IMG/VR virus record: IMGVR_UViG_3300042309_002885
Coordinates: 32,001 to 96,000 of that record
DNA: 64,000 nt
From: a virus
Direction: 5' to 3' (one strand)
The stretch's first letter is position 1. Every line of letters starts with the position of its first letter. A program made the translations under genes and the position numbers. Of the stretch, positions 1 through 9,326 are shown in pieces. A model generated the notes under the pieces. The model did not search any database and was not told where the DNA came from. It saw only the letters and a program-made list of their open reading frames with translations.

Positions 1-87
1 TGTTTTATAATTCTGTTGTGGGAATTCTACCGATTGAGCACTTCTGTAATCCTCATATAAAGACTGCAACTCACGAAAACTATTCAT
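1..87 (-). CDS. N-terminal part of a late hypothetical protein (MNSFRELQSLYE...), truncated by the window edge
   Basis: ATG at 87 on the minus strand, open to position 1; ACTAAATA late-promoter-like motif at 94-101, 6 nt upstream. Confidence 0.6.
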   Translation of the reverse strand, partial: MNSFRELQSLYEDYRSAQSVEFPQQNYKT

Positions 88-138
88 CGTGTATATTTAG
101 TTGAAAATTTGAAAAATACCGCTATAATATTACAAATA

Positions 139-492
139 ATGTCGAGGTCTCTTACATGTAAAATATCTGGTAAGTCATATACATTTTCGCAAGAGTATTA
201 CGCGAAAAAAATAGATGAGTACGGCGGTCAAGATAATATAATAAACTTTTTTGTAACAAAAAAAGTTAAATCGCTTATTAAGCGAGGATATGATCCGCAA
301 GAGATACGTAACATATTGCACGTAGATGATGTTGATCTTGTTGATGTATTATCCCCTGAAATTAAAGGCGTAATAAATTTTCATTCTGGTGATAAAATTG
401 ATATTAAAAAAGCAGCTTCTATAAGTAGTGTGGCATATAAAACTGATATAGACGTAGCTGCGTTTATAAATAATATTAGAAATGAACAATAA
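139..492 (+). CDS. hypothetical protein
   Basis: ORF track gives 109..492 with a TTG start; ATG 139 preferred because it follows TTGAAA(101)-N16-TATAAT(123). Confidence 0.65.
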   Translation: MSRSLTCKISGKSYTFSQEYYAKKIDEYGGQDNIINFFVTKKVKSLIKRGYDPQEIRNILHVDDVDLVDVLSPEIKGVINFHSGDKIDIKKAASISSVAYKTDIDVAAFINNIRNEQ

Positions 493-715
493 AGTAAACT
501 TTATCGCGCAACAGAGCGGTCCGAGAACGGTGAAAGTATTTAACACAGCAACAGGACAGCTTTATAAGATTATTGATGTAGGTGGTATAATTGCTACACC
601 TCCAGTCTGCACGCCTACAGAACTATCTGTAGGTGTTTATATTAGTGATAAAAAACAAGCGCTTAAGATATATACTGTACCTGGATTTAGCTTGAAAAAG
701 ACAGTATCCATATGA
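482..715 (+). CDS. hypothetical protein (77 aa)
   Basis: ORF overlapping the stop of the upstream gene; AT-rich codon usage typical of the phage. Confidence 0.6.
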   Translation: MNNKVNFIAQQSGPRTVKVFNTATGQLYKIIDVGGIIATPPVCTPTELSVGVYISDKKQALKIYTVPGFSLKKTVSI

Positions 716-781
716 CTTTCTTTATCGTTTAGAAAGGTAGAAATAATATCCTATTTAATTAGATTAATAGGAAAGTTATAC

Positions 782-789
782 TATAAATA
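782..789 (+). promoter_or_regulatory. T4-type late promoter upstream of nrdB
   Basis: TATAAATA exact match. Confidence 0.6.
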
Positions 790-800
790 CCATTAATATT

Positions 801-1784
801 ATGAGCGTTGTATGTATTTTCGATGAGCAGATTAGCCGTAAGCCTAACCAGTACCCGTGGACAGAGAAGTTCATAGAAGCAATGCATAACGGGTTTTGGA
901 CTGATAAAGAATTCAGCTTTAAATCTGATATACAACAATTTAAAGTTGAGCTTACAGATCAGGAGCGTGAAATTATCGTACGTACACTCTCCGCGATTGG
1001 CCAGATCGAAGTTGCTGTAAAAACATTTTGGGCTAAGCTTGGTGAAAATTTACCTCATCCATCTCTACAAGATCTTGGCTATGTTATGGCTAACGTAGAA
1101 GTTATTCATAATAGTGCTTATGAAAGATTGTTAAGTGTTTTGGATTTAGAAGATATTTTCGAAGAGAACTTAAAGCTCGAGTGGATTCAAGGTAGAGTAA
1201 AATATTTACGTAAGTATACTCATAAGTTCTATAAAGATTCGAAGAAGCAATATCTTTATGCATTAATATTGTTTACTCTCTTTGTTGAGAACGTTTCCCT
1301 GTTTTCGCAATTCTACGTTATTAACTGGTTCGCTAGATTTAAGAACGTACTTAAAGATACAGACCAACAGGTAAAATATACACGCAATGAAGAGAATATT
1401 CACGCTCTAGTAGGTATCCAAATTATTAACACTATTCGTGAAGAGCTTCCTGAATTGTTTGATGATGAGCTTGAAGAACGTATAGCACACGAGGCGGAGG
1501 AGGCTTATAAATCAGAAGCTAAGATTGTTGATTGGATGGTTAACGGTATCAATGAACCGGGTCTTTCTGCGCCTATCCTTAAAGAGTTTATTAAGAATAG
1601 AATTAACGAATCACTTCAACAAATTAAATTCAAGCCAGTTTTCGAAGTAGATAAAGAGGTATTAGAGTCTACCATATGGTTCGAGGAAGAGCTACTCGGT
1701 AATAATATGGCAGATTTCTTCCATACAAGACCAACTGAGTACGCTAAGAAGAATCAATCATTTGACGAAGACGATCTTTTTTAA
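801..1784 (+). CDS. nrdB: ribonucleotide reductase beta subunit, class Id-like (NrdBi)
   Basis: Ferritin-like ligands QIEVAVK, EVIHNSAY (Tyr kept), VENVSLF and RNEENIH; C-terminal DFF..RP..Y...DDLF tail. Confidence 0.95.
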   Translation: MSVVCIFDEQISRKPNQYPWTEKFIEAMHNGFWTDKEFSFKSDIQQFKVELTDQEREIIVRTLSAIGQIEVAVKTFWAKLGENLPHPSLQDLGYVMANVEVIHNSAYERLLSVLDLEDIFEENLKLEWIQGRVKYLRKYTHKFYKDSKKQYLYALILFTLFVENVSLFSQFYVINWFARFKNVLKDTDQQVKYTRNEENIHALVGIQIINTIREELPELFDDELEERIAHEAEEAYKSEAKIVDWMVNGINEPGLSAPILKEFIKNRINESLQQIKFKPVFEVDKEVLESTIWFEEELLGNNMADFFHTRPTEYAKKNQSFDEDDLF

Positions 1785-1788
1785 TTTT

Positions 1789-3435
1789 ATGCGAGAATAT
1801 AAATGGCTTAACAAGGACTCAAGAAAGTTCCTCGAAAGAGGATATTTAGAGGAAAATGAAACACCAGAACAAAGAATACAAGATATAGCTGATAGAGCAC
1901 AGCAGCTATTAGGTATTGATAGCTTCTCTGATAAGTTTCATGATTACATGGCGAGGGGATTCTATTCTTTAGCGTCTCCTATTTGGTCAAACTTTGGTCG
2001 TAAAAGAGGCTTACCTATTTCTTGCTTTGGTAGTTTCATTCCTGATGACATGGAGCAGATTCTGTATAAGATGGGTGAGATTGGAACTATGTCAAAAGTA
2101 GGTGGGGGTACTTCAGCTTACTTTGGAGCTGTGAGAGGTCGTGGAGCTCCTATTTCTTCAGGTGGTAATGCAACAGGTGTACATCATCAACTGACTGTAT
2201 TTGATTCTCTTATCAACTACGTATCACAAGGGAATGTACGTAGAGGTTCATTTGCTGCTTATCTACCTATTGATCATCCAGACATTGAAGAGTTTCTTAA
2301 GATTAGATCAGAAGGCAATTCAATTCAAGATCTCTCTATTGGCGTTTGCGTTTCGGATGAATGGATGAAGTCCATGGTTGATGGAGATAGGGATAAGCGT
2401 AAGCTTTGGGGTGCAGTAATTAAGAAGCGATTCGAGTCTGGGTATCCATATATCTTTTTCTCTGATAACGCTAACAACCAAGCACCACAGATGTATAAAG
2501 ATAAAGGATTAAAGATTAACGCTTCTAATCTTTGTACTGAGATCTTTCTCTCTACTAGCGATGATGAATCGTTTGTATGTGATCTTTCATCTCTCAATCT
2601 TGAAAAATGGGATGAGATTGCTGAAACAGATGCTGTAGAAACTCTCGTTTACTTTCTTGATGCTGTCATGTCTGAGTTTATTGAAAAGACAGATGGTGTT
2701 AAGTTTATGGAAGCTCCACGTAAGTTCGCTATTAATCAGCGCGCGTTAGGTGTAGGTATTCTTGGATGGCACTCATTACTTCAATCGAAAATGGTATCGT
2801 TTGAATCAATGGAAGCTAAGATGATGAATAATGAGATCTGGCACTCTATTAGAGAGAAAGCAGATAAAGCAACAGCTGAGTTAGCTTCAAAATTTGGTGA
2901 ACCACCAATGCTTGAAGGTTATAATAGAAGAAACTCTACTACTCTAGCTGTAGCGCCTACGACATCAAGTTCGTTTATTTTAGGCCAAGTTTCACCATCC
3001 ATCGAACCTCTTAATAGTAATTACTTCGTTAAGGACCTTGCTAAGGGTAAGTTCACATATAAGAATCCTTATCTAGAGAAGCTTCTCAAAGAAAAAGGTA
3101 AGAACGATCAAGAAACATGGAAGGATATTCTCACACATGGAGGTTCGGTTCAACATCTAGATTTTCTTACTAAAGAAGAAAGAGATGTGTTTAAGACGTT
3201 CGGTGAAATCTCTCAGAAAGAAATTGTTATTCAAGCAGCACAGAGACAGAAGCATATCGATCAAGGGCAATCGCTCAATCTTATGATTCCACCTACTGCT
3301 AAGCCGAAAGAGGTAAATGAACTTCTTATCTTCGCTTGGGAGCAAGGTATTAAGTCTCTTTATTACCAGCGTTCGGCTAATCCTTCACAGGAGCTAGCTA
3401 GGTCTATTATGACTTGCTCTACCTGCGAAGCTTGA
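1789..3435 (+). CDS. nrdA: ribonucleotide reductase alpha subunit, no ATP cone
   Basis: ISCFG, NLCTEI, FVCDL, APTTSSS, SLYY and C-terminal CSTC; ATG 1789 follows the nrdB stop (track start 1762 is TTG). Confidence 0.95.
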   Translation: MREYKWLNKDSRKFLERGYLEENETPEQRIQDIADRAQQLLGIDSFSDKFHDYMARGFYSLASPIWSNFGRKRGLPISCFGSFIPDDMEQILYKMGEIGTMSKVGGGTSAYFGAVRGRGAPISSGGNATGVHHQLTVFDSLINYVSQGNVRRGSFAAYLPIDHPDIEEFLKIRSEGNSIQDLSIGVCVSDEWMKSMVDGDRDKRKLWGAVIKKRFESGYPYIFFSDNANNQAPQMYKDKGLKINASNLCTEIFLSTSDDESFVCDLSSLNLEKWDEIAETDAVETLVYFLDAVMSEFIEKTDGVKFMEAPRKFAINQRALGVGILGWHSLLQSKMVSFESMEAKMMNNEIWHSIREKADKATAELASKFGEPPMLEGYNRRNSTTLAVAPTTSSSFILGQVSPSIEPLNSNYFVKDLAKGKFTYKNPYLEKLLKEKGKNDQETWKDILTHGGSVQHLDFLTKEERDVFKTFGEISQKEIVIQAAQRQKHIDQGQSLNLMIPPTAKPKEVNELLIFAWEQGIKSLYYQRSANPSQELARSIMTCSTCEA

Positions 3436-3453
3436 TTAATCTCATATTCAGTA

Positions 3454-3461
3454 TATAAATA
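3454..3461 (+). promoter_or_regulatory. T4-type late promoter upstream of hsp20
   Basis: TATAAATA, 8 nt before ATG. Confidence 0.7.
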
Positions 3462-3469
3462 TTATTGCT

Positions 3470-3895
3470 ATGAGTTATTTACTTACTAACAAAGCACTGT
3501 CGGACGTTTTCGGATTATCCGAAATCGGTAATTATACAAATAGTTTGATGAATAGTCACCCACTCTTCACATCTATTAACGAAAAAACGGGTGACACGGT
3601 TCGCTTCAACGAGACAGCGGATGGACATACGGTAGAGATCGACCTACCTGGTGTAAAAAAAGCTGACTGTAAAGTTGAGCTTTTTCAATCAGGTACTAAT
3701 GTCAAGGTGTATGTAAAAGCATCGCGAAAGATCACCCATAAGGGTGGTTCACGTGATGAGACCTTCACTCGTGAATTTTCTCTTCGAGAAGCGCGAGAAG
3801 AAAGCGTCAAAGCAGCACTAGAGGATGGAGTACTGACTATTACAGCGCCCATTGAGGTTAACAAGACACGTAGAAAGGTAATCGATCTACAATAA
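3470..3895 (+). CDS. small heat-shock protein (Hsp20 / alpha-crystallin)
   Basis: EIDLPGVKK...FTREFSL...AALEDGVLTITAP signature. Confidence 0.9.
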   Translation: MSYLLTNKALSDVFGLSEIGNYTNSLMNSHPLFTSINEKTGDTVRFNETADGHTVEIDLPGVKKADCKVELFQSGTNVKVYVKASRKITHKGGSRDETFTREFSLREAREESVKAALEDGVLTITAPIEVNKTRRKVIDLQ

Positions 3896-3906
3896 CAACT
3901 AACAAC

Positions 3907-3930
3907 AGCCCCGATGGAGACATCGGGGCT
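3907..3930. terminator. perfect 10-bp hairpin with GAGA tetraloop after hsp20 (terminator or RNA processing site)
   Basis: AGCCCCGATG-GAGA-CATCGGGGCT; no clear U-tract on the + strand. Confidence 0.6.
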
Positions 3931-3941
3931 CCTACTATCTT

Positions 3942-4580
3942 ATGAAATGGAAATACACACTTAATGAAAACAGCAATGAAGAAAAGCAGTCACCGCAACA
4001 AATTTTTATCACGCAGAGCGGCGGTTCTTCTGGGGGACCTGGTGCCAGTATACGAGTTTCGGAAAATACAATTTTCTTTTACTCAGATGTTACAGAGCAG
4101 AGTGCGCTCGATCTTAACCAGGCACTTTACGAAGTAGATTCTAAATTAAAAAACACATCTAATTTTTTAGGTCCTAATTTCACACCACACATTAAATTAC
4201 GAATTAATTCCTATGGCGGTTCGCTATTTGCTGGTCTTGCAATTCTTGATGTAATGCGAAATCTTAAATCAGAAATACATACCTATGTAGATGGTGCAGC
4301 TGCATCAGCTGCTACTATTATTTCTATTGCAGGTGCTAAGCGATATATTGGTAAAAATTCTATGATGCTCATACATCAACTCTCTACAGGTGCGTATGGT
4401 AAGTACTCTGAGCTTGAAGATGATATGGAGAATAACAAGCGGTTAATGAAGATGATTAAAGATATTTATAAACAATATACTAAAGTACCTATGAAGAACA
4501 TTGATGAAATTTTAAAGCATGATTTGTGGTTTGATTCATCAAAGTGTTTAGAGTTTGGTCTCGTCGATCAGATTGTGTAA
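3942..4580 (+). CDS. ClpP-family serine protease
   Basis: INSYGGS, AASAAT (catalytic Ser), MLIHQ (His), DLWF..CLEFGLVDQI (Asp region). Confidence 0.9.
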   Translation: MKWKYTLNENSNEEKQSPQQIFITQSGGSSGGPGASIRVSENTIFFYSDVTEQSALDLNQALYEVDSKLKNTSNFLGPNFTPHIKLRINSYGGSLFAGLAILDVMRNLKSEIHTYVDGAAASAATIISIAGAKRYIGKNSMMLIHQLSTGAYGKYSELEDDMENNKRLMKMIKDIYKQYTKVPMKNIDEILKHDLWFDSSKCLEFGLVDQIV

Positions 4581-4581
4581 A

Positions 4582-6345
4582 TTATTCTGTTCGCGGACCA
4601 GGATCTTTCCACGCGGTCTTACGACGATGATCCATTTTTAACGCTCTATTTGCAAACGAAGCAATATTTATTCCTTCGTTTGCAGCACGATTTCTTAGTG
4701 CTTTATTGGTCTCTGTCAATCTTAATGGTAAATTATGAAAGTGGTGAGAATGTGGGTAAAGCCTAACAGTATCGTGAACATTTGAACCGTATACTGGTAC
4801 ATATGCACCAGAGCCGTAAACATTGCGCGTATACGTAAGCGGTACATTGGTCAGTCCGTTAAAATAATATACTGTTATTGATACTCGTCCTATTACAGTG
4901 GTTGTTTTCATTTGAGCCCATCCGCATATTTTCTTAGTATCCCATGGCAGGTAACCCCAACATTCGGTATTTTCAGTTTGCTGTATTTCAAGAGGCGCGG
5001 TTACATGATGTGTAAATAATTCACCTTCAACATATAAACCTCCACCAACCGTTGCGTTATTTGTAACACCGAGAGAAGTATCAACAAGAACCTGCCGTCT
5101 AGATCTAAGGTGTATTTTTGGAGAGTATATATCAATATGACTTGCGCTTCCAAGAACTATACCATGCGAAGCATTAAGATCTACCCGGGTACATGCAGCT
5201 CTTAACGATGTACAACCTAACGTCATTGCGCCCGTTGTATTGACCTGTATACCGCCGGAGCCGACCATAACATTATATTTGTTACCGACTGTTAAGGTAT
5301 AATTTCCACAAGGAAAGTTCTCGTCGTTTGATATATCTTCTACATGCGGTACATAATCGTGATGTTTAATTAAACGTGTACCACTCACACCAACCTCTGT
5401 CGGCTGTGATCTACCATAATCGTCTATTCTCACTGAAGGGTAATTGTTTGTCATTACACCAATGCACTCCACTTTATGACGCTTTACAGATAGTATCGAG
5501 TCTCCATTTTTACCCATTCTTGCCTCGAGCGGTAGTAGTTTTTTGGGAGGTAACTCTACCAAATCTCCCGGGTCTTCAACCGGTAAATATAAGTTATTGA
5601 CAACTTCAGCGATTATTTTTACATTTTTTTGCTTGTTTAAAACCCACGAACCACCTTCTGTAGCAGAGCTTACAGACGCACCGAACTGCAATATTCCTGG
5701 TGCATTGGTGCCAAACTTACCAAACGCTTGTGATACATCGCCCACAGAAGGAACTACGCTTTGCGCTGAAGGTTGGTTTCTATTAGCAACGTTTGTATAC
5801 CGCCATACTTGATCAAGATTTGATTTTCGCAACGGCGTCGGTGTAACCTTACTTGTAGTATTTACTAGAGCCTTAGCGTTGAATTTAAGATCAGGATTTG
5901 TTGCACGTGAACCTACTTGAGGCGTCGTTATGCCATTGGGCTTAGAATACCCGCCCCTAAAAACGTCAAATTCCGAATTCCAGCTTGCAACCTGTCTATA
6001 ATCTTCTCTCCATCTATAGTGTACACCTATCTGTCTTCCTGTTAGATCAGGGTTATAGCCAATAAATTCGTAGCTATTTTCCCCTACATGTACTGTTCGC
6101 TCCTGACCAATAGAAGTATTAAGCGAATGACCTATTGTTCTGAATTCATCGTTGGCAACTTTTGTTTGCTTATTATTTGTAGCAAGCTCACTATTGACAA
6201 AGTTTGATATTGATATGTTAGAGCCGGAGTGCTGCGATATTTTTACTTGCTCGCGATTGGTAGAGTTGTTTATTACAATCGTACCTCCACGCTGATTAAG
6301 TACAAACTTGTTTTTATAATCGTAAGTAGCTGCTCGTGTTTGCAT
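4582..6345 (-). CDS. baseplate central spike, gp5 C-terminal-like (beta-helix and His-rich apex)
   Basis: NQRGGTIVINNSTNREQV.I...SG start typical of post-OB gp5; GNYTLTVGNKYNV.VG repeats; apex motifs THHVTAP and HSHHFH. Confidence 0.7.
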   Translation of the reverse strand: MQTRAATYDYKNKFVLNQRGGTIVINNSTNREQVKISQHSGSNISISNFVNSELATNNKQTKVANDEFRTIGHSLNTSIGQERTVHVGENSYEFIGYNPDLTGRQIGVHYRWREDYRQVASWNSEFDVFRGGYSKPNGITTPQVGSRATNPDLKFNAKALVNTTSKVTPTPLRKSNLDQVWRYTNVANRNQPSAQSVVPSVGDVSQAFGKFGTNAPGILQFGASVSSATEGGSWVLNKQKNVKIIAEVVNNLYLPVEDPGDLVELPPKKLLPLEARMGKNGDSILSVKRHKVECIGVMTNNYPSVRIDDYGRSQPTEVGVSGTRLIKHHDYVPHVEDISNDENFPCGNYTLTVGNKYNVMVGSGGIQVNTTGAMTLGCTSLRAACTRVDLNASHGIVLGSASHIDIYSPKIHLRSRRQVLVDTSLGVTNNATVGGGLYVEGELFTHHVTAPLEIQQTENTECWGYLPWDTKKICGWAQMKTTTVIGRVSITVYYFNGLTNVPLTYTRNVYGSGAYVPVYGSNVHDTVRLYPHSHHFHNLPLRLTETNKALRNRAANEGINIASFANRALKMDHRRKTAWKDPGPRTE

Positions 6346-6354
6346 TGAAAAAAA

Positions 6355-7278
6355 TTATTTTAGTGTTACTTGAAGATCCTCTCCTTGAGAGTTACTGTTT
6401 TTAAATATAAATGGATGTTCATTTTCATAATACCCCGGATAATCTAGCGATGTGGGTTCTATATCTTGATCATTCATTATAAGCGCCTCCCTGTAATCAT
6501 GTCGCACACCAAAATAAACCGGTAGATTTACATCGCCGTTATAATGGAATACCCAAACTTTTGTACCAACATTAGGTACCCCAAATACACCTTTAGGCTT
6601 ATTAACATAAGTAGCAGGTCTATATTCATAAGCATACGGGTTAGCTTGCGTCTTTAGACTACCGATCGCGTTAGTAAAATGATCACACACCATGGTCTCA
6701 TATGCTTCATAAAAATAAGACGGGGAAAAGGATCCATTGGTTATACTCATAGGCTTCGATTGATCAAAACCTTCATTTATATATGGGCCGCGGTCTCCTG
6801 TATATCTTTCCCCTGGCTGCAATTCGGTTCGGTTATCATATTCACCAAAGCTCCAGACTGGATCACACTGCGGCCCGGCCTTTGGACCAACAGCATAATC
6901 ATTTAATTGCTCCCTTAGGTGTGTCGAATCAGTTATATGTGTTGATTTTGAGATAACAGATGCTGGATGATAGTAACCTGAACCGCCTTCACCCATAAGG
7001 GGGAAGCTTGCTTCCGCCCATGGTAAAAACTTTGTTATTTCCTTAAATGTAACATCATCCGTCCATGTATCAGAGGGATTGGTACGCCCAGGAAACTTTA
7101 ATTCAAATTGATGTTTGTCCTCTAGCCAATTTTTATACGGTTGATTTGATAACTCCGGTATATAAATTTTTACACGATGCATTTGAAGCGGGTCATCATT
7201 ACGCACAACAATACCCTTATAGAAAGAATTATCTACCCGGCCGTATTCAATTGGCTGATCAACTCCACGTACAAACAT
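6355..7278 (-). CDS. baseplate hub gp5/VgrG N-terminal OB-fold protein
   Basis: FYKGIVVRNDDPLQMHRVKIYIP, LPWA and GVFGVPNVGTKVWVF..GD..PVYFG motifs. Confidence 0.8.
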   Translation of the reverse strand: MFVRGVDQPIEYGRVDNSFYKGIVVRNDDPLQMHRVKIYIPELSNQPYKNWLEDKHQFELKFPGRTNPSDTWTDDVTFKEITKFLPWAEASFPLMGEGGSGYYHPASVISKSTHITDSTHLREQLNDYAVGPKAGPQCDPVWSFGEYDNRTELQPGERYTGDRGPYINEGFDQSKPMSITNGSFSPSYFYEAYETMVCDHFTNAIGSLKTQANPYAYEYRPATYVNKPKGVFGVPNVGTKVWVFHYNGDVNLPVYFGVRHDYREALIMNDQDIEPTSLDYPGYYENEHPFIFKNSNSQGEDLQVTLK

Positions 7279-7295
7279 CTTTTAATATTTAATCG

Positions 7296-7323
7296 TTGAA
7301 CTTATTTATATATACACTATAAT
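7296..7323 (+). promoter_or_regulatory. sigma70-like promoter of dpdA
   Basis: TTGAAC-N16-TATAAT-N6-ATG. Confidence 0.7.
7303..7310 (-). promoter_or_regulatory. late promoter for the gp5 pair, back-to-back with the dpdA promoter
   Basis: TATAAATA on the minus strand. Confidence 0.6.
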
Positions 7324-7329
7324 AAATCT

Positions 7330-8133
7330 ATGCTTATATCGCACGAAACTCCTATTAGCTTTTTATCAAAGTCACACGAATATAATGATTACGACTACGC
7401 GTTAGTGCATTTATTTGAAACGCAACCAGAATATTATTCATTCTTTAAGTCGTGTGTCCTTCAAGGTCGTGAAGTTTTACTCGATAACTCAATCTTTGAA
7501 CTTAAAGAAGCATTCGACCATGTAAAGTATGCAAAATATATTGATGAGCTCAAACCTACATATTTTATCGTACCGGATGTTCTTGAAGACTCACGAGGTA
7601 CAATGGATTCGTATTTGAAGTTTAAGAGCGCTTACTTTAATTTACCAGGGCTGTGGATAGGTGCTGTTCAAGGAAAAACGTACCAAGATATTGTTGAGTG
7701 TTATAAATTTATGTCAAAGAATGCAGATTATATTGCAATTTCTTTTGACTATTCATGGTACCAGTTAATAGGTATTTCTAATAGCAGCGATCCTAATTTA
7801 GCTAGACTTGAACGCATGTGCTCGGGCCGTCAAAAATTAATCTCTATGCTACAAACAGATGGTATTTGGAATTATGAAAAGCCACACCACCTGCTAGGAG
7901 CGTCTCTTGCTCGTGAATTTAGCGCTTATAAACATGTTACGAGTATTAGATCTTGCGATACATCTAACCCGGTTGTAGCAGGTATTCTAGGAAAGAGATA
8001 CATACGGGGTATAGGCCTTTACGAAAAACCTAGTGTAATGCTTGCCGATCTAATTAATCACGACGTTACTGAGGAAGAAGAAATCGACATCTGGCACAAT
8101 GTTTATGAATTTAAAAGAATTTGTATGTCATGA
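7330..8133 (+). CDS. dpdA: DpdA-like 7-deazaguanine:DNA transglycosylase (TGT barrel)
   Basis: TGT-like motifs in the expected order: LLDNS, VPDV, GAVQG, HLLG, SCDTSNP; 267 aa with no tRNA-TGT Zn domain; sits in an operon with queF. Confidence 0.75.
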   Translation: MLISHETPISFLSKSHEYNDYDYALVHLFETQPEYYSFFKSCVLQGREVLLDNSIFELKEAFDHVKYAKYIDELKPTYFIVPDVLEDSRGTMDSYLKFKSAYFNLPGLWIGAVQGKTYQDIVECYKFMSKNADYIAISFDYSWYQLIGISNSSDPNLARLERMCSGRQKLISMLQTDGIWNYEKPHHLLGASLAREFSAYKHVTSIRSCDTSNPVVAGILGKRYIRGIGLYEKPSVMLADLINHDVTEEEEIDIWHNVYEFKRICMS

Positions 8134-8693
8134 AATGGGCAGCATTATTCTCACAAACTGGTTCTGAGATTTGCAATCTTTCAGAAAAACTAGGTCATTA
8201 TCCTGATCTAGTTATTTCAGATAATACTAATGAAGCTAATATAGTAGATCCAAGAATTGAACTTAACTGTAAAAAGCTTCTTTGGAGAAAGTATAAGGGA
8301 TTAACGAAAGAAGAAAAGCTCGATTATTATAGAAAATATCTTCAAGGGTATGATATTATAACGCTCCACGGCTGGCTTAACATTGTACCTGCAGATATAT
8401 GTAATGAATTTAATATATACAACGGTCACCCTGGTCTTATTAATTACTTTCCAGAGTTAAAAGGTAAGAATCCGCAGGTACGAGCTTGGGATAATATTAG
8501 CAATTATCAATTTGTAGGTAGTGTTATTCATAAAGTTACACCAGGAGTAGATGAAGGTCCTATTATTTGTTATAGTAAGGTAAGTTCAAATTGTTGTATT
8601 GGTTTAGATTCTACTTTCGGTAGTTTAAAACAAACATCGCTTGATTCTTGGGTTGATTTCTTTAACAATAAACGATATAATATTATATGCTAA
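8121..8693 (+). CDS. PurN/Fmt-like formyltransferase, candidate dPreQ1 formyltransferase (DpdN-like)
   Basis: ITLHGWLNIV, YNGHPGL...P.LKG, GSVIHKVTPGVDEGPII formyltransferase motifs; overlaps dpdA. Confidence 0.8.
   Translation: MYVMKWAALFSQTGSEICNLSEKLGHYPDLVISDNTNEANIVDPRIELNCKKLLWRKYKGLTKEEKLDYYRKYLQGYDIITLHGWLNIVPADICNEFNIYNGHPGLINYFPELKGKNPQVRAWDNISNYQFVGSVIHKVTPGVDEGPIICYSKVSSNCCIGLDSTFGSLKQTSLDSWVDFFNNKRYNIIC
8653..8681 (+). promoter_or_regulatory. sigma70-like promoter of the kinase gene
   Basis: TTGATT-N17-TATAAT-N5-ATG. Confidence 0.7.
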
Positions 8694-9292
8694 TTAGCTT
8701 TTCGGGAGCACAAAGTACGGGAAAAAGTACATTACTAAAGATGTGGCAGGAAGCTATACCTGAGTGGGATTATATTCCTGAAGTTACTAGATTGGTTAAA
8801 CGTGAATATGATTTACCAATTAACGAAGATGGTAATGATCTTACTCAGACAATGATAATGGGCGAGCATTTGCGTAATGCTTTTATAAAGAGAGAGAAAC
8901 ATGCAATTTTAGATAGATGTTCTCTTGATGGGCTTGTATATACACATTGGCTTTGTGATAATAAAAAAGTATCTGTGGGTGCGTATTCGCATGCTAGATA
9001 TGTATTTGATAATACTATCGATAAGTATGATCTTATTATATATACATCACCGGAAGATGTTCCTGTTGTAGATGATGGTGAGAGAAGTATTAATATAAAA
9101 TTTAGAGAAGAAATTATTGAATTGTTTGAACAATATCTTATTACTATTCCTGAACGAAAGCTTCTTAGGGTTAGAGGTGATGTAAGGCAGCGTATTGATC
9201 AGATAGGACTTGCATTTGAGTATATCGGCATGGGTAACTACAGTCCTCTTACCTTTAATAGATCTTTTTTTCGTCCTATCTCCTGTAATTAA
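8687..9292 (+). CDS. P-loop nucleotide kinase-like protein (AAA_28/NadR/dNMP-kinase type)
   Basis: GAQSTGKST, ILDRCSLDGLVYT, YDLIIY, VVDDGER. Confidence 0.75.
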   Translation: MLISFSGAQSTGKSTLLKMWQEAIPEWDYIPEVTRLVKREYDLPINEDGNDLTQTMIMGEHLRNAFIKREKHAILDRCSLDGLVYTHWLCDNKKVSVGAYSHARYVFDNTIDKYDLIIYTSPEDVPVVDDGERSINIKFREEIIELFEQYLITIPERKLLRVRGDVRQRIDQIGLAFEYIGMGNYSPLTFNRSFFRPISCN

Positions 9293-9326
9293 CTTGCAGA
9301 ACAAACATATTAATATAAAATAAATT

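Noticed and set aside
716-800. Weak hairpins and a possible NrdR box upstream of nrdB
   Set aside because: Stems are short and AT-rich, with no convincing match to the NrdR consensus
7330-8133. Interpretation as a tRNA-guanine transglycosylase (host Q pathway AMG)
   Set aside because: Short, divergent, lacks the Tgt Zn site, and is paired with a PurN-like gene; DNA-acting DpdA is more parsimonious, though not proven
8121-8693. Interpretation as a PurN purine-biosynthesis AMG
   Set aside because: No other pur genes in the window, and it sits between dpdA and queF
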